A stretch of 63,856 nt of DNA, filler included, from Sphacelaria rigidula (GCA_964200075.2; 10 parts of 10 records of this genome joined end to end with filler, not necessarily neighbours in it); one strand, 5' to 3'. Shown: positions 12,794-25,485, counted from the whole stretch's first letter. The notes: a model not told the origin generated them from the sequence alone. Made by a program: numbers and translations.

Positions 12794-13944
12794 TTGCATT
12801 CGAGACCCACGCCATCAACCGCCGACAGCAAGGGTCTTGTGGCTTTCACGCGACGCTGTCGGCAGCACGGCAGGCAAACCGGATCATAGCTACCTTTCGT
12901 TGCTCTACGGCACGTACTCCCGTCTGCTCAGAGGTGGTCACGGTAACAACATGCACCGAAGTCGCAACACCTGTGAAAGCTAGAGAGTTTGATTTTTGTG
13001 AACTGCATCCACACAATTCAAACGACTCTCAAAACCCGAGGGAAGACGGCTTCCGTGTCCCCCAGCCAGGCATTAATGAACGAGGAAATACTTTTTATAG
13101 GCGGATACAACACAAATGAGGGCCCGGAGAGGTTTTTTCCATCAAAACCCGTGTTTCCCAACCTGCAAAGCGTTCCATGCACATTGGTTTCTAATATGAA
13201 CGGTAACTTATCGATTTCTGTTCCGTTCTTCAAGGACTGCTTGATGCCGATCCCAGAAACGTTAGGTATTGCTGTTCGATGGTATCTTCGGATGTTTAAC
13301 TGGACCCGAAGCGACCATCTTCCCTCGGGTTTTGAGAGTCGTTTGAATTGTGTGGATGCAGTTCACAAAAATCAAACTCTCTAGCTTTCACAGGTGTTGC
13401 GACTTCGGTGCATGTTGTTACCGTGACCACCTCNNNNNNNNNNCTGTCGGCGGTTGATGGCGTGGGTCTCGAATGCAACGACATGCGGTTGATCGTAGAG
13501 CACTCTCGTCTCTCCTCCCAAGTTGTAATAATCCATGACCTCCTGACATCGGCATAATGGATAATTATGGGAAGCTACTCGTACTGTTGTACCTATTAGA
13601 GCTCTATTGAGGTGTTTATGCGGCCAGCCTGTGCTGCAGATTGCGGCATGGGCGGACTCCTATGCGCCACGCTAGCAACAGTGAGGTCACCACCATAGGT
13701 ATCTTTTTCACTCCGCATGTCAAGAAGGTCTCTACAAGTCTTTGATCTCTCATACACCCCCCTTAACTGGCGTGTGGCACGCTCTTCTGCTCGGGCACCC
13801 GGTTAGGGGGAGGTCGGGGAAAATCAACGATGAATAACACCCCCCTGAGTTCAAATTGGATCTATCTGTTATTGCCGCAGCACCGTCCTTGCTGGCATGT
13901 GTGTGACAGAGAACAGTAGTAGCGGTGACGGGAACATTGCCCTG
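12794..13944. mobile_element. Composite non-autonomous DNA element with a hairpin module (12931-13433, about 120-bp inverted arms)
   Basis: Arms gaggtggtcacggtaacaac... are inverted at 13316-13433. The outer 35 bp are also inverted (12794 and 13444-13478). An inverted homolog lies at 19190-20118. Confidence 0.8.
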
Positions 13945-14604
13945 TTTTTCAACGACATGTTTTTCAGCGCGCGGACGCGCGTCTTGTCCAAAAGGAGAGG
14001 CAGAGAGAAATTGATCTTCGCATCAAGCAAGCAAGCAAGAAGACGAAATCTCTCCGCAGCTCTCGGTGTTCTGGCACAACATGAAAAATTGGGTACATGC
14101 TGATAACATCCATGATGCCAGACTCTCGAGCGATATTGGTAATCGCCGAGCGAGGACACACAAAGGACACGGGCGAGGAGCTTCCTCTCTGTCGTTGCTT
14201 CTCTCTCTGGTGATATCGTCATCGACACGCGTGCACACCGCATTCGTCAGGTGCACCTAGCCATAGCTGCTTAACTACTGCGGACATTTGGGGGGGAAGA
14301 TGGCTTCGCTCGATCGTAAGCATTTCGCGTCTTCCCTGCAAAAGAGAAATGCCACTTCAACTTCATTTTTTGGATGAACCCCATTTTCTAGGATCCACTG
14401 TTAGATGCCGCCTATTGTCCAGGGTGTGAAGCTCACCACCTATCATGATTACATCTATGGGATCATGTTCCGTGTCGTGTGCCTCGATTACCTACCACTA
14501 CTAGTTCGGGAAAAATTGGCGAGGCGTGATATATTGTTGCTACTCTATCTACGAGCTGACGCCACCGTGCGCTCGTGTATTGTACATAGGTGTGTGTGAG
14601 CGTC

Positions 14605-14830
14605 GCCGACATGCGAGGTCATCCGGACAGGGCGCGCAAGGAGCAGAAGCAAATATACGAACCAGACTTTGCGGTTTTAGTCAGTTTTGTTTTACCAATT
14701 TATTTCAACACTATCAACCAAAATTTAAAAAAAAATCACAAAATAATCCCCCCAAAAATCAGGACAATCTCCGAAAAATTGCCCTCCGGGAGGGGGGAAG
14801 GGGAGAGGGGGAGGGGGCGCTCCGTGTCCG
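14605..14830 (+). repeat. Dispersed repeat, related copies at about 31380-31830
   Basis: atgcgaggtcatccggacag...gcagaagcaaatatacgaacc...gccctccgggagggg is shared. Confidence 0.7.
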
Positions 14831-15019
14831 GAAAAATTCTCTCGACAGGCCCTTGGGTGTTCATACGCGGGAAACATGCACGTAAATATGGAAGCACGTA
14901 TCTTGTTTGCGTACCCAGAATCGCTGTCCCATGAGTATTAGTGCTCACACAAAAAAAAAACGGCGAGCGCTGAATCAAGGAACTGCTCCGATGCCGCGTG
15001 GTAGCGCAATAATTCTCAC

Positions 15020-15466
15020 GTTCTCCCTGTTCCCTGTTGCCGCTGTGTCCGCCGGCCGTGAGTTTTGTGCTTCCTCATGGTGTTTGGCGAGTGACCTGCG
15101 GAATGCGTCTAAATGTGGCCTGTGCGATGAATCGTCGCCCAAGAGATCTAAATGAGAGAACTCTGCTCGTCTTTTTCGTGGGCGTTGCCCACCACGTTTA
15201 GCGTAGCTGCTAGCTTGTAGAACTTCGGGCTCCTTCTGTTGTATGGCGGCTGTTGGCAGGCTGTCAACGTCCGGGGTGGATGAGAGTGGGGGTGATATCT
15301 TCGCGCTGCATTCCGGATTTGAGGCATCGGTTCCGGCGGCTTTGTCGTCGCAGTTGCGATGCTGGTAGTCTTCTGTGGGGAATATCTCATGGATTTCAAA
15401 AGCTATCCCTGGTGAGATGATTACTACACCGAAGCAAAGCAGCAGCAAGGCTATTAGCCGATGCAT
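15020..15466 (-). CDS. Probable exon 1 of an unknown secreted protein
   Basis: ATG, then a signal peptide MHRLIALLLLCFGVVIISPGIAF, 149 open codons, and a GTGAGA donor at 15019. Confidence 0.65.
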
Positions 15467-15644
15467 CAAGCAGTCCTGTGTAAATGATAAATATAAATGC
15501 TAGGGTACATACCAACATCTGCTTCGTCCCATTCATATTGGATCATGACAAGAATTATTGCAGAATTGGAACACGATTCAACGACAGCCACGGCACGACC
15601 CGATCCAAAGCGGGTCCACGACCTGTGTGCAAGATGTGTCTAAG

Positions 15645-16146
15645 ATGCGTGTGGCGCCTGCAATGTCGTGGGCAGCTGCCGCAACAACATCACTGGCACC
15701 ATGGAGATTAGCTAAGCATGTTTTTGCGCCCCCCAACTGTTTTGCGACAGTAGAAATGCGCCACTTTCCTTCAGAACTTGATATCACGACAGGATTAAAA
15801 TCGTCGTCCAGACTCAATGACGTTGTGCATGTTCTGCACCGTGCCAACAGACGAGCATCATCGCTCGCCCTACCAGCAAGATCGGAAATATGTAGCAACG
15901 GCCACGTTACACCGCGGTTAGAGGATATAGATATCAATCCTGCATTTATGCCCAGGGGAGGAGGAACCGCCATCGATACTGTGGGATGGCGGAAGCTCCC
16001 TGAGATACGTAGACGGGCTACCGCTTTTTTGAACAAGCGGTTCTTCTTGGTGGGGGCTGCGGCAGCCGTCGCATGTGCTTATCTAAACCCGGCGATGGGT
16101 GCTACTGGAGGTGTGCTGCGCCCGGAGCTCACGATCAACAAGGGCG
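15645..16146 (+). CDS. Exon 1 of a sodium/bile-acid symporter-like (SBF-like, SLC10A7/BASS4-type) transporter
   Basis: FLNKRFFLVGAAAAVACAYLNPAMGATGGVLRPELTI resembles the first TM segment and GG.L.PE motif of this family. Long N-terminal extension and a GTGAGT donor at 16147. Confidence 0.75.
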
Positions 16147-16572
16147 GTGAGTATGTGTAACACCGTGGTGTGATTGTCGTCGATGACCTTGTCATGTATG
16201 TCAACAGTGGCTTCGCATATCGAAATTCCGATGTTGGGGGACTACAGTATTTGTCGTTGTTTGTCCATCCACTCGCACTCAAGTTAGCACGGCATGTGTC
16301 GGAATCTTTTTGGGTAAAGATATCACCCACACATGGGTGAGTATCAGAAATAAGTTGATCTTAGAATGAGACGTAGGGCCGGGGGCACTTAGAGCCTGTC
16401 TTGACAGAAAATAAAACTTAAACAAATCTGGGGGGGGGATGTAAGACCGCTTTGTATGGCAACCAATCCACATTTGTACAAATATGAGGATTTCAGCCCG
16501 TCTACAGCCGATTTTCTCCCGTGGATGGATTTTTCGGACCCAGTCCGTTGGGCAATGTTTTTCGCCTTTTAA

Positions 16573-16670
16573 CCCCTAGACAGCGGGAGTAGGTCATGTG
16601 TGGAATCGGCATCAGTTTAACTCCAAAAAAGTATGCGTGGTCCAGGAAGACTACCCTGGCGGTCGAAGGG
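16573..16670. mobile_element. piggyBac-like MITE, 98 bp
   Basis: TTAA on both sides, CCC...GGG termini and an imperfect TIR. Relatives at 30849-30950 and 54900-54996. Confidence 0.85.
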
Positions 16671-16683
16671 TTAAAGCTCTGAG

Positions 16684-18595
16684 GAAACCAGATGAATTCT
16701 CCGATTTTCTGGACGTTGACTCTTGGTTCATCACCTTTCTGCTCAGATCATCTCCCCCGAATGTCACATTGCGGATGTGACATTCAATGTGACATTCGGG
16801 GGAGATGCGGGAGTCTCCCGATCTGAGCAGAAATGTGATAAATAGAGGTGGGCACCGGATACCAAAAATAAAAAAAACGGTTACCGGATAAGAGGCGTTA
16901 TTTTCAAAAACAAAAAAACCGGTTAAACCGTTTTTTTTCAGCCGGTTTAAGCGGTTCACCGGAAAACCGGTTTAACCTGATGAGCAAGGGAAAACGCCCC
17001 GAAATCATCGAAGCGTAGGTGAACTAGACGTTCTTGTCGTATGTTTCGTGCGTGGTGCGTGACGGATACGCTCAAACACACCCATTACCGGTGACGGCAA
17101 GATTCAATTTCACACCTCCGCACTCCACACCCGTGCAACACCTGTCGAACTTTGCAGCACAGTGGCTGGTGACTGGTGACAGATTTCAATGCGTGATAGG
17201 AAATGGTGTTGGTGATTACTTGAACAGCTGCTGTTCAAATCTGGCACCTAACCCTAGCCAACACAGGGTGTCGAAAGTCGAAAAGAAAAACTATACTCCG
17301 GAGTAGTAGATAGTAAGTAGGCACCTGGAATGTTATTTTTCTAATTTCTTCGTCATTGCCAATTTTCTTAGGCTCTTTCGCTTGTCACCGCCCATCACAT
17401 TGGGGATCTGAAGATACTTGTATCCGCTCCATATTCAATGAAAACAAAAATAATCTGTACTCAAAGTTGAGTGACTTACGGGCTGACCGGTCATCGGGGG
17501 TCCTGCAACTTTTCAACACAGATGTTGACTCTTCAGAATTTTTGGCTGATCGAGCCTGTCCCGATCGTTGTTGTGAAGAAATGTACGGTTTTATTTATTT
17601 TTAATTCTACCTACTCACTGCACCAGAGACGAACAATTGTGTTTCACGGTCAATAATACCCTCCTCATATATAAACGGGGTATCTGCTCCTATCGCCCGA
17701 TAACACCAAGCAACACTAACTTGGGCACTGTTTTTTTAGAATTATCTGCTCATTACCAAAATGTACCGAAGCGAGCACTTTGGAGCTCTATCGAAGAGTA
17801 ATACGCGAGAATACCACCCTGAACAGTTCAGGCGCCCAGTACTGTATTCACCCTATATTCTGTCCGCCCCTGCAACCTAATGCCCAACAATACGAGGGAG
17901 GAGCAGGGGTCATGCCATTCCTCAACTTTGCATGGAAAAAGCGTACCGCTCCTGTGTTGAAAAACAACAAGACAGCGGACAACGGAAAGCCCACACTAGA
18001 CGCTGCAAACCACGGCAAACCACGCAAAACACACCCTCTCCCTGGGCAATTTCGCCCTACAGAATGAACGATGACGCAATAATCGTACAAAAGCGTTGGG
18101 GAGAAGAAATCGCATCAACTTTTGTCACGAAGAAACACCAACATCAGTATCGTATTCCCCGTCATGAAACTAAAGCAGTTCGTCAGAGTAAACAGAAGTT
18201 CAAACGTACTCATTTTGCCTAAAACACGCGCAGTCTGACTCTATGAGTAAGGGTGACGTGTAGGGTGACGTGTAGTGTGACGTGTAGCGTGTGACGTGTC
18301 GTATGTCACGCTTGCGCTACCAACTTCAAACTTCGCAACTGACCTTGTTAATCCGGTTCACCGGAAAAACGGTTTGACCGCCAGAATAACGCCTCATTTT
18401 CCCGGTTAAACCGGTTTTCCGGTGAACCGGTTCAACCGGCAATAACAAATCCATTTTTTTTTCCAGAACCGTAACCGGTTAGCGCCTATTGAGGTTTCCA
18501 AAAACCGGTTATAACCGGTTTTTCTTTACAGATGCCCATCTCTAGTGATGAACCAAAAGTCAACGTCCAGAAAATCGGAGAATTGATCTGGTTTC
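16684..18595. mobile_element. Palindromic MITE of about 200 bp split by a hAT insertion
   Basis: gaaaccagatgaattctccgattttctggacgttgac is inverted at 18553-18595, with an internal hairpin at 16730-16838. Confidence 0.8.
16843..18544. mobile_element. Non-autonomous hAT (Ac/Ds-like) transposon, 1.7 kb
   Basis: TIR TAGAG(G/A)TGGGCA, 8-bp TSD gtgataaa/gtgatgaa, and dense AACCGG/CCGGTT subterminal repeats at both ends. Confidence 0.9.
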
Positions 18596-19189
18596 ACACT
18601 TGCCGTCCAGTTTTGACCCTGCAGTAAATTGCGTGCAGAGTCAGTATGTGTGTGTGTGCTGTATGTCTTCGCTGGATACAATGGCAAGAGAGAGTATAAG
18701 TGCGCCATCTTTTTCCACCGAATACAATTCATTGCATGCTGCTGATGCCTCTGCTTATTCAACAACACTTCAGTGTGAAGCTATGCTGGCAAGACGTGAG
18801 GCGTCAGACAGGCGGCACAGGCCTCGAGCAGAGTACAAAACAAGGGATTTGTACCCATGCAATCTTTGGTTGAATTGCCATGACCAAAATGAAATATGGC
18901 AGTATACAGCGAAGTAATCCACTTGTAGGGGAACTACGCGCTCATTTTGACGACCGTGATTGGTCAAAATGGTAATTTTGCGCCTCTCGGGCCTCGTTCT
19001 TGGCTTTTGAACTACCGCGGGAAACTTCCACAGACACACGGTTGACCTGGTGAGCTTTTCGGCAGTTCTGCGGACAGACCCCCCCCCCCNNNNNNNNNNN
19101 NNNNNNNNNNNNNNNNNNNNNNNNNNNNNNNNNTTAATTAATTAANNNNNNNNNNNNNNNNNNNNNNNNNNNNNNNNNNNNNNNNNNNN

Positions 19190-20118
19190 AGGGCAATGTT
19201 CCCGTCATCGCTACTACTGTTCTCTGTCACACACATGCCAGGAAGGGCAGTGCTGCGGCAATGACAGATAGATCCAATTTGAACTCAGGGGGTGTTATTT
19301 ATCGTTGATTTTCGCCGACCTCTCCCAACGGGGTGCCCGAGCAGAAGAGCAGAAGGGCCTGCGACACGCCAGTTGAGGAGGGTGTATGAGAGATCAAACA
19401 CTTGTAGAGACCTTTTTGACATGCGGAGTGAAAAAAGATACCTATGGTGGTGACCTAACTGTTGCTAGCGTGGCGCATAGGCCATGTGCTGCACGCTGGT
19501 CACGTGAACAGCTCGGTACAGTACGAGTACCTTCCCATAAGTAGTAATTATTCCGATGTCAGGAGATCATGGGTCACGGTAACCAAGTGCATCGAATCGC
19601 AAGACCTGTGAAAGCTAGAGAGTTTGATTTTTATGATCTGCATGCACAAAATTGAAACGGTTCTGAAAACCTGAGGGAAGGTGGCCGCTTCGGATACAGT
19701 CAAACATCCGAAGAAGCTGTCGAACAGCAATACGAAACGTTTCCGTAATTGGCATCGGACAGTGCTCGAACAACGGAACAGAAATCGACACGTTACCGTT
19801 CGTATTAGAAAACAATGCTCATGGAAAGCCTTCGCAGCTTGGAATACACAGATTTTGATGGAGAAACTTCTCCGGGCCCCCATGTGTGTTGTACCCGCCT
19901 GTAAAAGTATTTCCTCGTTCATCGATACCTGACTGGGGGACAGGGAAGTCGTCCTCCCTCCGGTTTTCAGAACCGTTTCAATTTTGTGGATGCAGGTCAT
20001 AAAAATCAAACTCTCTAGCTTTCACAGGTCTTGCGACTTCGATGCAGTTTGTTACCGTGACCACGTCTGAGCAGACCGGCGTACGTGCGATAGAGCAACG
20101 AAAGGTAGCTATGATCCT
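19190..20118. mobile_element. Second, inverted copy of the composite hairpin element
   Basis: Colinear reverse-complement homology to 12885-13943, with the hairpin module at about 19572-20062. Confidence 0.8.
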
Positions 20119-20205
20119 GCTGCTGCTGCTGTTGGTAACGTTAAAAGGGCGGAGCCTAAATTGGCCGTTGAGCGAGCGCTGACAGGCGAAGGATCCAGTT
20201 GGTTG

Positions 20206-20700
20206 TTGCCGCCGGACCAGCGCGTAGCTGGAGATGCTGCTTATATGCTCGAAGCTGGAGGGATGAGTCATCTGCGTAATGCGAGCGAGTAGAGCGAGCT
20301 CTGGGCTATCTGCGCCAATGATATGGCGGGAGACCATTCAAATGATTCGCAGGGGTGTCTACGTGAAGGAATGGTGGATGTCGGGTGGACGGAACTGCCG
20401 CCGGAGCAGGGTGTAGCTGAGAACACGCCTTGCATGCTCAAAGCAGCAGGGGTGTGTTATTGGCGTAATGCGAGCGAGCAGAGCAAGCGTGGGGCTCGGC
20501 ATGCTCATGGCAAATCTATCTGTGCCACCGATATGGCGGGAGGCCGTTTAGATCATTTGCAGGGGATTCTACCTGAAAGATAGGTGGATTTTGGGTTGGA
20601 GGAATTGCCGCCGGACCAGCGTGGGGCTGTGGGCACTCCGTGCATCCTCAAAGCAGCAGGGGCGTGTGACCCACGTGAAGCGAGTAGGCAGCGGGCTTTA
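20206..20700 (+). repeat. Degenerate tandem repeat with periods of 189 and 210 bp
   Basis: (t/c)tgccgccgga(c/g)cag occurs at 20206, 20395 and 20605, all in one frame. Confidence 0.75.
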
Positions 20701-21637
20701 GGCTTGTGATGCTTTTGGCGATTACAATTCCTACGGCAACATCGAGCGTTACGTGGTGTTTCGGTGGTCGTATGCACTGATGTTTGCATGAACAGGTTTA
20801 GCGTGTTTGGCTGCGTTGAATGAGATGTCTCTGACACTGTACCGTCAGGTGCTTAAGGATGGTGGTGTGATGCCATCGAGAGGTGCTGCTGTGTGTGCTG
20901 TGGCTGGTTCCGCTCAGCCTCTTATTTTCTCTGTACAATCGACTGAAGAATAGGTGTTCTGTAATGCGCTAGAATCTGTGGGGGCAGAGGATTTGTCGCA
21001 TTGGCCTGGCGAGGCAGATATACTGCTTGGTGACGCGCTGAGCGGCACCATGGAAGTGCCAGGTGTAGCTTGATTGATGGTGCGAGGAGCGAGTGTCCAC
21101 GAGGAAATCCCACCCTGTAGTGTGTACAAAATTGTGGCTCGAGCGCTGCTGTATCTTAGGAGCGAGTTGGAGGACTACAGGGGAGGCATCACCTGAGGTG
21201 CTTGATGTTGTGGTGAGCGCCGGGTTAGGTGATGTTGAGGAGCAAGTGCTGGTGTGAATAATTGCTTGTTGAGGCTATGTGTATACTGCTGCTTGCGCAT
21301 GAAGCGTGACGGTTGAGCGAGTATGATCGTATTGCGTTTTCTAGAGAAAAAGCTGGCGTGCTCGCGGATGTTTGGAATCTGTGTGTTGTGCTGCTCTGGT
21401 TGGCGTGTATGATACATGGTGGTTTCTGCAAAGAAGGTGGCAATACATATGCTGAGTGAAATATTGGCATGTATGTGTGGATTTTTCGCTCGAATAGTGG
21501 TGATATGCATGGTATCTAGTGAAGAGTCAGGGTGAGGCAGTTGTCAATATACTGCTGCATGCTGAATGAAAGGAAGCTCATATAATCTTGTTTGCGCAGG
21601 AACACGGTGGGATGATCTTTCTGCTGTTTGCACGTGC

Positions 21638-21884
21638 TGTGACGCCAGCCAGAAAAAGAACAGGTGAATCACTGCTGTTGAGGGACTTCGCAGTCCTGCT
21701 GGCCTCCATTTCAGTCGTCAGCCTTCACAACATATCATTATCCTGGAGTGCCGTTCCAAGGCACCCTCCTAGACACGACAGGGTATCAACCTAGCGTCCC
21801 CGGACATTATCCATAGCATCACTACCAACGGTCATTATCCAGATCACCACTACAAACTCAACGTAACGGCGTAATTTCGTCACA
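21638..21884 (-). repeat. Probable 3' LTR of the chromodomain Gypsy element
   Basis: 7-bp inverted termini TGTGACG...CGTCACA, located about 75 bp after the pol stop and preceded by a short purine run (gaggg) on the minus strand. Confidence 0.65.
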
Positions 21885-24700
21885 GCACCCTCGAAGCGCG
21901 TTGGACGAAAATCGATCAACAAGCTTGACACATAGAAAACGCCAAATTGATGAGTAAGTCACAACTGAATACCAAACTCACTCGTAATGCGAGCAGCAAC
22001 AACACGAGTCACGCGTAATGTACGCACCTCCTTCGTAAGAAAGTCCGGAGCGGCCTCGAAAATATCCTTGAAAGGATGCCACGTACGCATCTCAACTTCG
22101 AAACCAATCCAGTCGACCAACACGAGCAACTTCGATCGCCTGGTTTTACCACTCGGACAATACCAGCCATCTGAAACTGCCCCTGATTGAAAGCATACTG
22201 GAAGACGTCCTTAACGTCAGCCGTAATATTTAGCTACGAGTCTGCATAAAAATGCAGACGAGCTACATGGGCGGTCTGAACACGATCCGAAACAATGTTC
22301 TGCATCTCAAACACGTGCGGGTGGTGAGCCCCAACCACTCTCCGTGGACCAGTCCACGTCCACGACCGAAGATCACGTGGTACGGCGTACTATCGTAACG
22401 ACGGCGATACGCTGTATTGAGCGCCCATTGCACCGCAGGCAACACGTCCACCCACTCGGAAACTGCTCTAGGCTGCTCGAGAAGAGCAGAGCGAAGCGCA
22501 CGAACTACTTCCTTGACCATGCGTTCGCACGTACCATTGGGCCATGGAGAATACACCACCGCAAACTGGTGATCAACGTACAAAGTCTCTCGCACTCGGT
22601 CCAAGATCACATTCTTGTATTGCGTGGCAGTATAACTCACCCACACACGCGGTACCCTCAAAGTTTTGCACCAACTCAGCAAAGATGCAGCAGTCGATTC
22701 AGCAGTACACACTGCTACTGGTTCCAGAGACACTAAGTTGCTCAAATCATCCATGATTACCAAATGTATCGGAAGCCAGCATCCTCCGCCAAATCTTGGG
22801 AAGCTAGCGGGCCACTCTCACCCATGTATACGAAATCAAAGTGAACGACTTCATTCGGCATGGTCCCATGGACCGTTTTGCCGAGCGGTCGGGAACAGCA
22901 TCGCCCACCCTCGAGTCAGCGCAGTAAAGACACTGGCGGACAAATTCGCACACATGAGTTTCTATCCCCTGCCAGACACAAAACTCTTGCAAGCGCACGA
23001 CCGTCGCAGCCACACCCCGATGCCCGGCGTCGCGCATGTGCGCGCAAACAACTAGACGTGCCTGCAACCGCTTGTCATAACTCGGAATCCACAAAACGTT
23101 TTGGCCACGCGCATGCACACGAAACAGACCTTCATTGTCCAAGATGGCAGTACCAACGTCCGACTCGAAAGATTGCACATCCGCATCTTCGCCCCCAAGG
23201 TCTTTTCGTTGCGCTTGGCGGACAACAGATTTGGACGGCATCGAGTCATCAGGTTCACATGGACCATACACAGCCACAGCGTGCACAGGCATTTGCATTT
23301 CAACTGGAGGCACCTGCATGACCAAACTAACCCAATGGCACTCAGATGCATCCGGAAACATTGGCACCTGACAATCAGGACGAGGATGAAACAGCGTCAC
23401 GGCATGAACAACCAGATCCTTTGCTGCCGCCCACGCCTGCAGCCTGCCCTCCGTCCACGATGCAGCCTCCTTCGGAAACGCCATATCTGGACTGGACCAC
23501 CCCGCCCACAGGTTCCGTAACACCAAGTCGAGTGCCGAGAAAGCCGCCATGCACGACGCCAACCAACTCGACTTCACCGGGTCGTACCGCCGCGGATTCG
23601 CCTTCACCGCGGACGCCCTAGGTCTGAGCTGAACACGCATGGGCTCCACGCGCGCAGGGGGATCACCCGGCAGCGCACGACGAAACGCGTTGACTCGGCA
23701 ATGCTAGATGCCACGGAGGCGCTCCGCTTTTGAGATGCTGAGGCCTGTCGCCCCAGCATCCGTCACGCTCTCATCCAGCGCGACCTTCCGAGCAGAGTCC
23801 TCTTCCGCCGGAATCAATAACATCTCCGGGTCGCGCACTACCGAGCGTTCCACTGCCGCATCCCGCTCCTCGGTCACCTGTCCTCCAGCCTCCTGAAAAG
23901 CATCCACCGACGAACTCACGCGACAACTGCCCAAAAAGATGGGCATCTCCAAGCGTGGATCAGGCGAAGATATCCGCGTCTTCATAGAGTCCCACAACCG
24001 CCGAGCGTTGACTCCAAGATCCTGAAGCGTCGACAACCCCAGAAGAACAACGCCATCCGACCCCGGCATAGTCGCGAACGAGATCGGGGGCAACTGAGCC
24101 GGCCCCCAGGAAGTCGTGAGAGTCAGCTGCAGCGGGATAGTACGCTCTGGGACGTAGACATGCTGACCCGACGCGGTGACGGCCTGCCGCGCCCCGAGCG
24201 AAAACGGATCGCGCAGTGGCACACCCGGGAAACGACGCTCCAACAAACTACAATCTGTACCGACAGACTCACATGACTCGTCAAGAGGGCGCCAGAATCT
24301 CACTTGGCCCGAACCGCAATGGTTTCACGCTCTCGTTGCTTCGGAAGACACAGCTCCGCAGGAACGTAGTTGTGCCCAGACTCCACCGGCACGTTATTCG
24401 CCGACGGATGTGCCGCTGAGCCCACTTGACGCCACTGCTGCGCAAGCTGCGCAGGCAAAGACGCCCCGGCAGGTTCACACGGCACCGCCGACGGTGGCGG
24501 GTATAACCCCCAGCCAGCAGACCAAGAATTTGGCGAACCTCCGACCAGCGCGTCAGCAGGCGTCGCGCCTGGCGCTGCTGCCGGTGTCGCCACCGGCGCG
24601 ACCACCGGCGCTGGCGCAGTGTTCGACACTGTAGAAGTCGGTCCCACCTACACCGCCCGTTGCGGAGCAGCAGCACGTACGGCGGCACCGGTGTCTCCAA
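21638..24700 (-). mobile_element. Decayed chromodomain-bearing Ty3/Gypsy retrotransposon with RT core deleted
   Basis: Protease-like region (VVLLGLSTL), pre-RT PMRVQLRP, RNase H start MFPDASECHW, integrase H-x4-GHRG...C-x2-C plus SPWPNGTCERM, and chromodomain VLVDWIGFE..RTWHP at about 21960-22125. Confidence 0.9.
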
Positions 24701-25239
24701 AATAAAACAGTAAAGAAGTGAAGAAGTAAATAAAGAATAACAATTCGTGCTAAAGATTCTTTAATTCTTCGCGTACCTCCGGAGCTAAGGCCGAGTTATA
24801 TTCATTAGCTTCGGCACTACATTGCACATCACATTCCACGACAAGAACAAGACCAGACTGTGCGCGTGTCTGACGCAAATCATCATTTCTCACTGAATTC
24901 TGAACCGATTTGAACAAGGTCGCGCACAGCGTGCTCAGCTGATGATTATCAATTAATGGAGCGATGTGTTTTGGTTTGAGAGGCTGATGCAATCCTCAGG
25001 TTCACGTTTGATTGTGTTGACTTGTCTGTCCAAACTGGCGGGGGTCGGCAGGCACAGAATTTTACGCGCAGATCTTTGTTCGGCGGCCAATTTCGAACCG
25101 GGGAGCCAAGCGAATCTGAAAGACAGACTAGATTACCGGGGTTTGTTTTGTGCGCTTGCACTTTTTTTTTCCCGGTAACCATGAGGGTAGTCGAGCTAAA
25201 TCATGTTGTGCGGCGTGGGATAACCTCGGCTCCGCACAA

Positions 25240-25485
25240 AGGGGGTGATCGCACAACCTAGTGTTTACATGGTAAGGCACCCATGAGGCAGTGTATGAGC
25301 CGTGGCTGTCTCTGGACGTGGCGATATAAGATAATAAAGCAACCCATCGTTGGCTGTCATCCAAATGCAAGATGATCAGTAGGCTTCTGGCCAAACAGTC
25401 TTCGCAGGACGCAGCTCACCATTTATGCGACCCGCCGAACACACCACGGCGCTTCGCGCTTCGTGGTTTGAGTGCAAGCCTGGTC
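25240..25485 (+). repeat. Abundant dispersed repeat family (also 31820-31881, 31982-32070 and 36830-37190 on minus; 58200-58575 on plus)
   Basis: Shared cores cccatgaggcagtgta..ccgtggctgtctctgga.gtggcgat and tgcgaggtcaatg.tc.tatgac. Confidence 0.8.

Noticed and set aside
14023..14256. Possible exon 2 of the secreted protein
   Set aside because: The phase fits, but the acceptor is weak, there is no clear donor and no recognisable homology.
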